A stretch of 64,000 bases of DNA from Planctomycetota bacterium (GTDB lineage: Bacteria; Planctomycetota; B15-G4). The DNA lies in assembly GCA_965248575.1 (NCBI GenBank), contig CBDFJQ010000002.1:3392001-3456000 (forward strand), read 5' to 3'. The position numbers were made by a program, and so were the translations under genes. Numbering within the stretch: the stretch's first letter is position 1; every line of letters begins with the position of its first letter. This document shows, piece by piece, positions 9,004 to 18,939 of this stretch. The notes beneath the pieces were generated by a model that made no database searches, was not told the DNA's origin, and saw only the letters and a program-made list of their open reading frames with translations.

Positions 9004-12000
9004 TTCCTGTCAGCGCGCAGGCGCAGCGCGCGCTCGACGCGGTTGGTCTGCAGGTAGTCGATGCCGTGGGAGTAGGCGCTGCCCAGCGCATCGAATCGAT
9101 TCGGCACGAACTCCGACGTCTGGATGCCTGCCGCCCGGAGTTGCTTCACGACGCCGGGATCCAGCTGGGACGCCAGGCGCGATCCCACGACCAGTCGGTG
9201 AGCGTCCTTGGACTGCGCGAGCGCCTCGACGTCAATTCCATCCAGGCGCGGGAACTCCAAGGCGAGACGCACGTCGGAAAAACGCTCAGCCAGTGGGGCC
9301 ACCAATCGCCCGGCGAAGGACGATACGATGAGCCGGTTGCGGTGAGCATGCCCCTCCAGCAGCGCGGCGACAGCATCAGCCAAGGCGTCGGGCTCGTCTG
9401 GCTTCAGCTCCAACCAGAGCACGGAATCGCTCGGCAGCTCGTCGAGCACCTGGCTGAGCAGTGCGGGCGGCTCGCTGCCAAGCCGCCCGGGAAAACGCGG
9501 GTCCCGGAGCCGGAGTTTCAGCACCTGCTCCCGGTTCAGGTCTCGGAGGTTCTGGTCGACGCCGGTCATGCGGCGCAGGGAGCTGTCGTGCATGACGAAC
9601 ACGGTGCCGTCCGCCGCCAGTCTCAGGTCGCACTCGATGCCATCGGCGCCCAGTTCCAGGGCCCGATGGAACGCACTCATGCTGTTCTCGGGTCGCTCCA
9701 GCAACGCACCCATGTGCGCCAGGACGTGCCCCCCTCCGGGAACTTCGCCGTCGATCCCATCGGCACGGCCGTCGCCGCGCGAGGCAGAGTGAAACTTCCG
9801 CAAGGCACTCAGCTCGAGGCCTGACTCCAATCCGTCCTTCAGCCCCTGCCACATCGCCACGGCGTGCTCGCGAGCCTGCACCTCGCTCGCGGTCAGCGAA
9901 ACGAGCTCCACGAGCTGTTCTTTCAGTTCGGTCAAGGGCACTTGGCCCGTCACCTCGAAGGTGAGGCAGAGCAGGAAACGATCCAACACAGCGCGGCTCC
10001 AGGCCTCTTGGTCGAGGTCCATGCGCAGCTCGGGGAGCTGCTCCCAACCGGAGCGCAGTTCGGCAGCCAATGCCGTCCACGCTCCGTGCTCCTGGGCCGT
10101 CAGGCGATCCAGGACTGCGCGCGTGATGGCCCTGACCCCCGCAGCCGAGTAATCCAGGTCCTGGGTCTGGGCCGCGTCCTCCAGCACCGCGGCCGTGACT
10201 TCGAAGTTCCCGAGCACGCCTACGCCGTAGACCTCGACGTCCTCGCTCACGCTTCCCTGTTGAGCGCCCTGCTCGGCGCCAACGACCCCGGCGCTGAGCA
10301 TCATCAGGGCTTCGGCGGCGCGCAACGGCTCGGGTGTCCCGCCAGCTGCCGGCTCATGGTCCGCATGGAGCTGCGCCAGCTGTGGCTCGAAACCGGCCAC
10401 CCTGTAGCTCACCAGGCCCCGGTCCGGGTCCACCACGCTGTAGGTCATGGGGCGCCCGAGCCCTCCGCGCAGGGCTCGGCTGTAGCGAGAAAGCGTGGGT
10501 GATACGGGCCAGGCCCGCACCAGGTGCCCCAGCAGGAGGTTCATGTCGGTGTGACCAAGCAGCGTGTCGTCCAGGACGCCGGCGGGCACACCGCGGCCGA
10601 TGATCGTCGCCACCACGCGACCCTGGGCTCCCAGATCCCCTTCGGCTTCGCGCTCCTCCACCTCCAGCGGGTCCATGCGTCGGTGGTCTCCAACCATCAG
10701 GAGGACGCCGCGCTGGAAGAAGCGGGAACGCTCCAGCTCCGCGTGGAACTGGACCGTGGTTCGGTCGACGTAGGCGAGCATGCTCCCCTGCAGGTCGCCC
10801 TCGATGCGGTCACTTTCGTCAGGCAGCACATAGGGTTTGTGCAAGCCCACGGTGAAGACCATCAAGAAGACCGGGGAGGGCCAACTCCGCAGGGACTGGA
10901 TCGCCTTCTCGAACAGGCTCTCGTCGCTCGGCCCGCCGAAGGAGTAGATGGTCTCGTCGGCAAAGCGGTGTGAGCTGGCCCCGTGCACGATGTCGAAGCC
11001 CATCTCCCGCAGCCAGCGGTCGTTGTGCTGGAAATCCAGGGGCGCGTTGGAGATGGCAATGGTGGTGTAGCCCCGGGCCTTGGCAGCGGCGACGACGTTG
11101 TTGGCGGCGAATCGCTCGGGAGGAAAGCGCTCCACCATGTCGCCGGTGATGAGGTCGGTGGGCAACGGGTCGGCACCGAGCAGCAGGGACGCCAGGGCAT
11201 CAGAGCTGTTGAATCCGTTGGACGCCGCGTGGGTGAACGTGATGCCGAGCTCCTGCAAGCCGTCAATGCCCGGCAAGCGGTCCCGCGTTCCACCACTGCG
11301 TTTCGAGTCCACCCGGGAGAGGGACTCCGACACCAGCAGCACCAAGTCTGGCGACGGCCCCGGGCCATCCTCAGGCAGGAGAGCACCGGCGTAGGCCTGT
11401 TTCACGCCGTGAGCGAGCCTTGGGAACTCCCGTTCGAGCTCCGCCAGCGCCTCTCCTCTCGGCTCGTGCCGCGCCACCACCTGCAGGTTCAGCCGAAACA
11501 TGTTCAGCGACGCCTGCTCGAGGATCATGTGGGTGCCGACGCTCGGGTTCACGAACCAGGGCACCGCAGCCACCCCCACGAGCAGCGCGGCCGTCGCAAG
11601 CCGGTTGATCGGCAGCACCCACTGCACGCGCCGCAAGAGGACGCAGACCACCAACAGGACACCTCCCAGCACATAGTCAGTGGTGGGCAGCAGCCCCCGG
11701 GCGTGGCGCAGGTCCAGGGCGAAACGCATGAGGTTCGGGAAGGTCAGGCGAGCGTTGAAGAAGCGCACGGCCTGGATGTCGAGCAGGTAGAGAACGACCA
11801 GGGTCCAGCCCAGCGCGAGCCCCAGCTTGCGTCCCCTGCGCCCCGCAACCAGTCCGCAGAGCAACACGACCGCCAGCACCGTGAGGTCTTCCAGCAGGAC
11901 GGTCTGCGTGGGGCTGAGCCCCCCTGCCAGCTGGTAGCTCTCCATGAGCGCCAGGGAGCCTGAGCTGCCCAGGACGTGCAGCTTGTAGGCGCACAGGCTC

Positions 12001-12029
12001 AGCACCGCGAGCAACAGCGCCACAGACAC
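9000..12029 (-). CDS. membrane LtaS/sulfatase-superfamily phosphotransferase fused to a glycerophosphodiester phosphodiesterase domain
   Basis: N-terminal TM helices; LVLLVSESL, GFNSSDAL, GLHKPY, VGDH; C-terminal LAHMG..PENSMSAF..GADGIECDL..VMHD; start uncertain (GTG 12029 assumed). Confidence 0.78.
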   Translation of the reverse strand: MSVALLLAVLSLCAYKLHVLGSSGSLALMESYQLAGGLSPTQTVLLEDLTVLAVVLLCGLVAGRRGRKLGLALGWTLVVLYLLDIQAVRFFNARLTFPNLMRFALDLRHARGLLPTTDYVLGGVLLVVCVLLRRVQWVLPINRLATAALLVGVAAVPWFVNPSVGTHMILEQASLNMFRLNLQVVARHEPRGEALAELEREFPRLAHGVKQAYAGALLPEDGPGPSPDLVLLVSESLSRVDSKRSGGTRDRLPGIDGLQELGITFTHAASNGFNSSDALASLLLGADPLPTDLITGDMVERFPPERFAANNVVAAAKARGYTTIAISNAPLDFQHNDRWLREMGFDIVHGASSHRFADETIYSFGGPSDESLFEKAIQSLRSWPSPVFLMVFTVGLHKPYVLPDESDRIEGDLQGSMLAYVDRTTVQFHAELERSRFFQRGVLLMVGDHRRMDPLEVEEREAEGDLGAQGRVVATIIGRGVPAGVLDDTLLGHTDMNLLLGHLVRAWPVSPTLSRYSRALRGGLGRPMTYSVVDPDRGLVSYRVAGFEPQLAQLHADHEPAAGGTPEPLRAAEALMMLSAGVVGAEQGAQQGSVSEDVEVYGVGVLGNFEVTAAVLEDAAQTQDLDYSAAGVRAITRAVLDRLTAQEHGAWTALAAELRSGWEQLPELRMDLDQEAWSRAVLDRFLLCLTFEVTGQVPLTELKEQLVELVSLTASEVQAREHAVAMWQGLKDGLESGLELSALRKFHSASRGDGRADGIDGEVPGGGHVLAHMGALLERPENSMSAFHRALELGADGIECDLRLAADGTVFVMHDSSLRRMTGVDQNLRDLNREQVLKLRLRDPRFPGRLGSEPPALLSQVLDELPSDSVLWLELKPDEPDALADAVAALLEGHAHRNRLIVSSFAGRLVAPLAERFSDVRLALEFPRLDGIDVEALAQSKDAHRLVVGSRLASQLDPGVVKQLRAAGIQTSEFVPNRFDALGSAYSHGIDYLQTNRVERALRLRADRN

Positions 12030-12067
12030 GGACCCACGCCCCGTCTGTGGGTCGCCGGCGGCAGCCA

Positions 12068-13561
12068 CTACAGCAGCGCGCTCTCCACCCACTGCTTCAG
12101 GCCGTCGAACCCGAGGCCGTAGTAGACGGTGGCCAGGCCCAAGGCCAGCACGCTCGCGTGGGCCAGGAAGGGCAGGATCCCGCGAGTGGGTGTGCCTGCG
12201 ACGAAGTCGGAGTCACCGCGCAGGTACATCGCGCGAGCGATCTTGAAGTAGTAGAAGAGCGAAACCACCGCGTTCAAGGCGCCCACCACCGCAAGCCAGT
12301 ACAGGCCTACATCCAGACTGGCGCTGAACAACATGAGCTTGCCAACGAAACCAGCCGTGGGGGGCAGGCCCGTGAGAGAAACCAGGAAGAGCACGAACAG
12401 GGCGGCGGTGAACGGTGCCGACCAGCCCAGCCCCTGGTAGTCCTCCAGGTCCTCGGCGCCGAAGCGGTTGGCCAGGGCCATCACGCAGGCGAAGGCACCC
12501 AAGGTCGCGAGGTAGTAGGTGCCCAGATAGAACATCAAGGCATCGAGACCCGTGTCGGTGGCGGCACCACTCGTCATCACGGCCACGCCCATGAGCAGGT
12601 AACCGGCGTGGGCGATGGAGGAGTAGGCCAGCATCCGCTTCACATTGCGCTGCAGCACTGCCGTCACATTGCCGTAGGTCATGGTCACAGCGGCCATGAC
12701 CGCGATCACCTGGCCCAGGTGCGTCAACCACTCGGCATTGAGGGCGTCGCCCAGGAAGACTCCGTGGACGAAGCGGGCCAGAACACCGAAGCCGGCGGCC
12801 TTGCTGGCCACAGCCAGGAAGCTCGTGACGGGCGTCGGCGCGCCTTGGTAGACGTCCGGCGCCCAGAAGTGGAAGGGGAAGGCGGAGATCTTGAAGCCGA
12901 AACCGACCATGACGAAGACCGTGGCCAACGCGACCACCAACTGCTGGGGCAGGTCACCGCCCCAAGCAGCAGAGACGGCCAAGCCGATGTCGCCCAGGCG
13001 CAAGCTGCCGGCGAGGCCGAAGAACAGGCTGAAGCCGAAGACCATGATGGCCGAGGCCAGGGCGCCGTAGACCAGATACTTCAGCGCGGCCTCGGACGAA
13101 CGGCGCTCCTTGCGCTGCCAACCGGCCAGCAGATAGGAGTTGAGCGACAACACCTCAAGGCTCAACAGCAGCATGAGCAGGTGGTCGGTGGAGACCAGCA
13201 GGCTCCCACCCAAGGCCGTGCCCAGGAGCATGGGCACGAACTCGTTGCGGCTGACGTTCTCCATGCCCCGGAACACCACGGCATGCAGGATGACCACACC
13301 GGTCCCACTGATGATCAGCGCCCGGAAGAAGCGCGCGTAGCCATCGAGGGTCAGCACCCCAAACACTTGCTCGGGGTGGGTCCCCGCAGGGTCGGCCAGG
13401 CACCAGAGCGCCATGCCCACGGCCGCCATGCCCAGCACGGCCACGAGGTTGCGCCCGCGCATGCCGAACACGAGGTCGGCGATCACGGTCACGACGATGC
13501 CGATGCTGAGGTAGATCTCAGGCTTGAGGGCCGCGATCTGTGTGAGCAGTTCGGGGGTCAT
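12068..13561 (-). CDS. nuoN: NADH-quinone oxidoreductase subunit N
   Basis: EAALKY, FKISAFPFHFWAPDVYQGAP, KRMLAYSSIAHAGY. Confidence 0.96.
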   Translation of the reverse strand: MTPELLTQIAALKPEIYLSIGIVVTVIADLVFGMRGRNLVAVLGMAAVGMALWCLADPAGTHPEQVFGVLTLDGYARFFRALIISGTGVVILHAVVFRGMENVSRNEFVPMLLGTALGGSLLVSTDHLLMLLLSLEVLSLNSYLLAGWQRKERRSSEAALKYLVYGALASAIMVFGFSLFFGLAGSLRLGDIGLAVSAAWGGDLPQQLVVALATVFVMVGFGFKISAFPFHFWAPDVYQGAPTPVTSFLAVASKAAGFGVLARFVHGVFLGDALNAEWLTHLGQVIAVMAAVTMTYGNVTAVLQRNVKRMLAYSSIAHAGYLLMGVAVMTSGAATDTGLDALMFYLGTYYLATLGAFACVMALANRFGAEDLEDYQGLGWSAPFTAALFVLFLVSLTGLPPTAGFVGKLMLFSASLDVGLYWLAVVGALNAVVSLFYYFKIARAMYLRGDSDFVAGTPTRGILPFLAHASVLALGLATVYYGLGFDGLKQWVESALL

Positions 13562-13582
13562 CTTTGTCTCCCGCTCAGCGCT

Positions 13583-15094
13583 CTAGTTGAAGAGCGCGCG
13601 AATCTGCTCGATGGTCGTGTCCATGTGGCCCAAGAGCAGCTGAGGCACCACACCGAGCAAGACACAAAGGATGGCCAGGGGCACGATGGTAAAGACCTCG
13701 CGCTTGTTGATGTCCGGGAAGTCCTTGTACTTCTCGTTGAGCGGGCCCAGGAACACACGCTGCAGGGTCCACAGCAAGAAGGCGGCCGTCACCACGATGC
13801 CGATCACGGCCAGCGAGGCGATCACGGGGTAGACCTCCCAGGCGCCCACGAGCACCAGGAACTCCGAGACGAAGCCGCTCATGCCCGGCAGGCCCAGGGC
13901 GGCGAAGAAGCCCAACGTGGTGAGGCCGGTGTACATGGGCGCCACGTTCGCCAGGCCACCGAAGCCCTCGATCTCACGATGATGTGCCCGGTCGTAGGCG
14001 ACACCCACCAAGAGGAAGAGCATGGCCGAACTCGTGCCGTGCGTGAACATCTGCATCGCTGCGCCATTCAGGCCCGCGCTGGTGAAGGCCGAAGCCCCCA
14101 GCAGGACGTAGCCCATGTGGCTCACCGAGGAGTAGGCCACCATCCGCTTGAAGTCCGTCTGGGCCATGGCGACGAAGGCGCCATAGAGGATGGAGACCAC
14201 GCCGATGACAGCCCCGATGGTGGCGAAGTCCATCGCCACTGCTGGGAACATGCCCAGGTTGATGCGCAGGATGCCGTAGCAACCCAGCTTCAGCAGGATG
14301 CCGGCCAGCACCATGGAGATGGACGTCGGCGCCTCCACGTGGGCGTCCGGCAGCCAGGTGTGGAAGGGAACGATGGGCACCTTGATGGCGAAGGCCACGA
14401 AGAAGGCCACGAAGACCCACTTCATGAAGGGCCAGCCGAAGAGCGTCCCGCCGTTGACCAGGTTCTCGCCAGTGAGCTGCCCGCTGTGGATCATCTCTGA
14501 CAGCATGGGAATGCTGAAGGGCGTTTCCGTCACGTCGCGCACACACAGGTAGAGCGCCACGATCCCCAGCAGCATCAAGACCGAACCGGCCAAGGTGTAG
14601 AGGAAGAACTTGATCGCTGCGTACTCGCGACGCGGGCCACCCCAGATGCCGATCAGGAAGTACATCGGCAGCAGCATCACTTCCCAGAAGACGTAGAACA
14701 GGAAGAGGTCGAGGGACAGGAACACCCCCAAGATGCCGGTCTCGAGCAGGAGCACGAGGAGCATGAAGCCCTTCACGCCCTTGTCGATCTTCCAAGCCGC
14801 GAAGGGCGCCAGGAACATGAGCAATGCCGCCAACCAGACGAGCGGGATGCTCAGGCCGTCCACGCCCACCGAATACTGGATGCCCATCGACTGGATCCAG
14901 TCGACAGCGACCGCGTATTGGTAGCCCACGACTTCCGTGTCGAAGTCCATCCACAGCTTGGTCGCCAGGCAGAGGGGAACGAGCGTACCCGCCACACACG
15001 CGGTGCGAATCGCATCCTTGTGCTGGGATGGGATGAGCAGGATCGCCGCCATCGCGAAGAGTGGCGAGAAGATGATGAGGCTCAGAATGTCCAT
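13583..15094 (-). CDS. nuoM: NADH-quinone oxidoreductase subunit M
   Basis: FYVFWEVMLLPMYFLIGIWG, PFHTWLPDAHVEAP, AYSSVSHMG; start at MDILSL. Confidence 0.96.
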   Translation of the reverse strand: MDILSLIIFSPLFAMAAILLIPSQHKDAIRTACVAGTLVPLCLATKLWMDFDTEVVGYQYAVAVDWIQSMGIQYSVGVDGLSIPLVWLAALLMFLAPFAAWKIDKGVKGFMLLVLLLETGILGVFLSLDLFLFYVFWEVMLLPMYFLIGIWGGPRREYAAIKFFLYTLAGSVLMLLGIVALYLCVRDVTETPFSIPMLSEMIHSGQLTGENLVNGGTLFGWPFMKWVFVAFFVAFAIKVPIVPFHTWLPDAHVEAPTSISMVLAGILLKLGCYGILRINLGMFPAVAMDFATIGAVIGVVSILYGAFVAMAQTDFKRMVAYSSVSHMGYVLLGASAFTSAGLNGAAMQMFTHGTSSAMLFLLVGVAYDRAHHREIEGFGGLANVAPMYTGLTTLGFFAALGLPGMSGFVSEFLVLVGAWEVYPVIASLAVIGIVVTAAFLLWTLQRVFLGPLNEKYKDFPDINKREVFTIVPLAILCVLLGVVPQLLLGHMDTTIEQIRALFN

Positions 15095-15111
15095 GAGATT
15101 CCCGAGGTTCC

Positions 15112-17403
15112 TCAGCGCAGAACGAAGACGAGGATGATCACGCCCACGATCGACCAAGTTATGTAGTCACGCGCGTTGCCGGTCTGCAGAAGTCGCAAGA
15201 CCGCCGAAGCGCTGCGGATGAATCCGCGCCAGAAGTTCACCAGGCCGTCGATCACATAGGTGTCGAACAGCGATGAGACGAATGCCACGAAGCGGGTGAT
15301 CAAGGCCGTGAGGTTCACGACGGCATCGAGCACGTTCTTGTCGAACCAGGACAGGGCGTGGTTCAGCTTCTTCAGAGAACCCACGACCCCGACCGCGTAA
15401 ATCTCGTCGAAGTAGTACTTGTTGGAGATGATCTTGTGCATCGGGCCGAAGCGCTTGCTGACCTCGGCCGGATCGGTGGCGTGGGTCAGGTACATGCGTC
15501 GGGCCAGCAGGAAGCCGGCGGCGATCATGATCAGCGAGAGGATCAGTGACGGGTAGTGCGCCGCGTGTAGCGCGTCCTGCCAGGGGCTGTGGCCACCGGC
15601 ATGGGTGCCACCGTCACCGTCACCGTGCTCGCCCTCGTCTCCGTGCCCGCCAGCCACTGGAGCAGTCTCGGAGTGCTGATCGCCGTCTTCGGCGTGGGTG
15701 TCCTCGCCATGCTCACCGTCAGCGTCGGATTCACCGCCGTGCGCCAGCTGTTCGGCACCTTCGGCAGCATGACTCGACGCGAGGTCGCCCGTGTTCAGCC
15801 CCAGCCCGAGCGCTGCCGCCGAAACCGGCGGCTGCACCAGCCGGTTGAACCACAGATCGTCGTTGTTCGGCAGGGGGTTGAGAGTCCCTCCGCCAAGCAG
15901 CGCGAAGGTCGCCAGCACGATGAGCGGCAGCGCCATGGTGGGCGGTGACTCGTGCGCGTGGTCGTACTTCTCCTGATTCGCCGGCGCGCCGTGGAAGGTC
16001 AGGAACACCAGACGGAACATGTAGAAGGTGGTCATGAAGGCGCCCACGGCGCCGAAGACCAGCGGGATCCACTGCGCCACGCCACCGGTCAGCCCCCAGG
16101 CCATGGCGTTGGCGATGATCTGGTCCTTGCTGTAGTAGCCGGCGAACATCGGGACGCCAGCCAAGGCGAGGGTCGCGATCAGGAAGGTCGCATAGGTCAC
16201 CGGCATCTTCTTGCGCAGGCTGCCCATGTCGCGCATGTCCTGGCTGTGCACGGCGTGGATCACCGAGCCCGATCCCAGGAACAAGCAGGCCTTGAAGAAG
16301 GCGTGGGTGATGAGATGGAAGAGCCCGGCGATGTACCCACCGACGCCAAGGCCCAGCATCATGTAACCGAGCTGGCTCATGGTGGAGTAGGCCAGAACCT
16401 TCTTGATGTCCCAAGCCACCAGGCCCATCGTCGCACCCACCAGCGCCGTGCAGGCGCCCACCGAGGCGATCACGCCCAGTGCGCTGGGCGTGAAGTAGGG
16501 GTACATCCGACCCACCATGAACACGCCCGCCGCCACCATGGTGGCGGCGTGAATCAGCGCAGACACCGGTGTCGGACCCGCCATCGCGTCCGGCAACCAG
16601 GTGTGCAGCGGCAACTGCGCGCTCTTGGAGACAGCGCCGCAGAAGATCAGGATCCCGGACAGGGTCAGCAGCGCCTGATTGTCCCAGCCCGCCAGGATGT
16701 GGTCCGGGGAAAGGGCGGCGAACTCACCAGCCGCCAGTCGATCGAACAGCTCTGGGTAGCGCAGCGTGCCGAACAGCTGCCAGGCGATGATGAGCCCCAG
16801 CAGGAACAGCACATCGCCCACGCGGTTGACCATGAAGGCCTTGAGGCTGGCCTTCGGCGGCTCTTCCTGGTCGTAGTAGAAGCCGATCAGCAGGTAGCTG
16901 CCGACACCCACCAGCTCCCAGAAGATGAACAGGAAGAGCAGGTTGTCGACGACCACCAGCCCCATCATCGCGAAGCAGAAGTAGCTCAGGTACGCGAAGA
17001 AGCGGGGGTAGTCCCGGTCGCCGTGCATGTAGCCAGCGCTGAAGAAGAAGATGCAGCTGGCCACGATGGTGACCATGGCAATCATGATCACGGACAGGTT
17101 GTCGTAGAAGATGCCCACAGTCGTGCTGAAGCCACCGAGGCTGATCCACTCCCACTCCAAGCCCGCGGTGTGGCTCCACCAGGACCAACCCGGCTGGCTG
17201 TGCTCCACGATGACCTGCCAGAACAGCCACACGCCGGCGGCGGCACAGGAGAGGATCGCCGTCTGAGCCACCCAGTCTCCGCCGCGCGGAATCTTCCGCC
17301 CGAAGAAGATCAGGATCAGCGCTGCCAAGAAGGGCACGCAAAACAGCCCCAGGCCGATGCCGAGCAATGTGGAGTCTGCAGCGACGAGATCTGTGGTGAC
17401 CAT
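15112..17403 (-). CDS. nuoL: NADH-quinone oxidoreductase subunit L
   Basis: FWELVGVGSYLLIGF, KSAQLPLHTWLPDAMAGPTPVSALIHAATMV, HAFFKACLFLGSGSVIH. Confidence 0.96.
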   Translation of the reverse strand: MVTTDLVAADSTLLGIGLGLFCVPFLAALILIFFGRKIPRGGDWVAQTAILSCAAAGVWLFWQVIVEHSQPGWSWWSHTAGLEWEWISLGGFSTTVGIFYDNLSVIMIAMVTIVASCIFFFSAGYMHGDRDYPRFFAYLSYFCFAMMGLVVVDNLLFLFIFWELVGVGSYLLIGFYYDQEEPPKASLKAFMVNRVGDVLFLLGLIIAWQLFGTLRYPELFDRLAAGEFAALSPDHILAGWDNQALLTLSGILIFCGAVSKSAQLPLHTWLPDAMAGPTPVSALIHAATMVAAGVFMVGRMYPYFTPSALGVIASVGACTALVGATMGLVAWDIKKVLAYSTMSQLGYMMLGLGVGGYIAGLFHLITHAFFKACLFLGSGSVIHAVHSQDMRDMGSLRKKMPVTYATFLIATLALAGVPMFAGYYSKDQIIANAMAWGLTGGVAQWIPLVFGAVGAFMTTFYMFRLVFLTFHGAPANQEKYDHAHESPPTMALPLIVLATFALLGGGTLNPLPNNDDLWFNRLVQPPVSAAALGLGLNTGDLASSHAAEGAEQLAHGGESDADGEHGEDTHAEDGDQHSETAPVAGGHGDEGEHGDGDGGTHAGGHSPWQDALHAAHYPSLILSLIMIAAGFLLARRMYLTHATDPAEVSKRFGPMHKIISNKYYFDEIYAVGVVGSLKKLNHALSWFDKNVLDAVVNLTALITRFVAFVSSLFDTYVIDGLVNFWRGFIRSASAVLRLLQTGNARDYITWSIVGVIILVFVLR

Positions 17404-17407
17404 CGAT

Positions 17408-17821
17408 CTAGTCCCTCAAGCTGTCGGTGCGAGTGATGTCGATGCTGCCGAAGTCGTGGAAGACCCTCAGCACGATGGCCAGGGCCACGGCGGCTTCCGC
17501 GGCCGCCAGCATCACCACGACCAGCGCCATCATCTGCCCGTCGATGCCAAAGCCACCGAAGCGGGCGAAGGCCACGAAGTTGATGTTGGCCGCGTTGAGA
17601 ATCAGCTCCGTGCCCATGAGCACATACAGCGCGTTGCGGCGCGTGAGGATGGTGGCCACACCGAGTACGAAGAGGATGCCCGAGACCACGAGGTAGGAGG
17701 TCAGCGAACCCACCAGACCACCGGCTGCCCCCTCTTGAAGCGGAGCCATGACGGCTTCCTCGGCTTGCTGGGCCGCGGGCATGGCCACGGTGGCCAGCAG
17801 CGCGAAGACGTGACTCATCAT
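17408..17821 (-). CDS. nuoK: NADH-quinone oxidoreductase subunit K (N-terminally extended)
   Basis: RRN..ELILNAANINFV, AAAEAAVALAI; position in operon. Confidence 0.93.
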   Translation of the reverse strand: MMSHVFALLATVAMPAAQQAEEAVMAPLQEGAAGGLVGSLTSYLVVSGILFVLGVATILTRRNALYVLMGTELILNAANINFVAFARFGGFGIDGQMMALVVVMLAAAEAAVALAIVLRVFHDFGSIDITRTDSLRD

Positions 17822-18363
17822 GACGTCGCCTCCGATTCGCTGCCCGCGCCGTCCGCAGCGGAATCCTGCCCGTCACCACGTCGGGCCACGGTCACGGCGC
17901 CGATCAGCACCAGCAAGAGCAGGATCGCCATGAGCTCGAAGGGCACCAGGTAGTGGTCGGGCGACAGGAACAACTCGCCGATCTTCTCGGACGTGGGCAC
18001 CGGTTCCCCGGGCACGACGTTGAAGGCAGCCACTGCGATCTGCACGCCACGATAGGCCTCGAACAGGAAGAGGCCGACGAGCCCGATGATCGGAGCCATG
18101 AGCACATAGCGGCTGATGGCCAGGCGCGTTGAATCCCGCGTCGAGAGCATCACCGCGAACAGCAGGAGCACGGTGACACCACCTACATACAGCAGGATCT
18201 GGAGACCACCGAGGAAGTCGGCCCCCAACGTCCAATAGAGGCCGGCCACGCCAAAAAGCGAAGCCACCAGCCCGAAGGCCGAGTGAACAATGCTCTGGTG
18301 GAAGGCCATGACAAGCCCTCCGAGCACCGCCAGCCCGGCGAAGACGACGAACATGAAGTCCAC
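17818..18363 (-). CDS. nuoJ: NADH-quinone oxidoreductase subunit J
   Basis: QILLYVGGVTVLLLFAVML, YLVPFELMAILLL. Confidence 0.93.
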   Translation of the reverse strand: MDFMFVVFAGLAVLGGLVMAFHQSIVHSAFGLVASLFGVAGLYWTLGADFLGGLQILLYVGGVTVLLLFAVMLSTRDSTRLAISRYVLMAPIIGLVGLFLFEAYRGVQIAVAAFNVVPGEPVPTSEKIGELFLSPDHYLVPFELMAILLLLVLIGAVTVARRGDGQDSAADGAGSESEATS

Positions 18364-18365
18364 CG

Positions 18366-18935
18366 CTAGCCCCCCTTCTCGGCCTTGCTCTTGGCCACCA
18401 TGGCGGCGATTCGCGACTTCAGGTCGCTACCCCCACCACCCGCTGCAGGTGCGCTCGCCGCCGGCGCCTTCTTGGCCGCCGTCTTGCCTTCGAGCTTCGC
18501 CTGGTCATCTGGTCGCAAGCCTGTCCATGTGAGCATGTCACCGACCATCCCGTTGGGATCGTCGGTGGCCAGCTCGTACTCCGAAGTCATGTGGATGCAA
18601 TCCACAGGACACGGCGGGATGCAGAACTCGCAAAAGATGCACTTCTTGTAGTCGATCGAGAACTTCGTCCACTCCAGCGTGCGGCCATGGTGCTCTGCCT
18701 CGATCTCGATGCAGTCCACGGGGCAGGCCTTGGCGCACAGTTGGCAGTCGATGCACTTCTCTTGTTCGAGAATGTGCATCCCACGGTACGTCGGCGGAAT
18801 CGGCTTGGTTTCTCTCGGGTACTGCACCGTGATGGCCGGCTCACTCGTGAAGTGATGCAGCGTCACGGCCATGCCCTTGGCCGCACTGCCCAGGCCATTG
18901 GCGATGTTCGAGAAGTAGTCGCGGACGGAACCCAC
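18366..18935 (-). CDS. nuoI: NADH-quinone oxidoreductase subunit I
   Basis: TVQYP; two CxxCxxCxxxCP ferredoxin motifs. Confidence 0.93.
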   Translation of the reverse strand: MGSVRDYFSNIANGLGSAAKGMAVTLHHFTSEPAITVQYPRETKPIPPTYRGMHILEQEKCIDCQLCAKACPVDCIEIEAEHHGRTLEWTKFSIDYKKCIFCEFCIPPCPVDCIHMTSEYELATDDPNGMVGDMLTWTGLRPDDQAKLEGKTAAKKAPAASAPAAGGGGSDLKSRIAAMVAKSKAEKGG

Positions 18936-18939
18936 CGTT

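Noticed and set aside
12047..17436. Long plus-strand ORFs (817 aa, 494 aa) and similar antisense ORFs across the window
   Set aside because: Shadow frames opposite well-supported genes, expected in high-GC DNA
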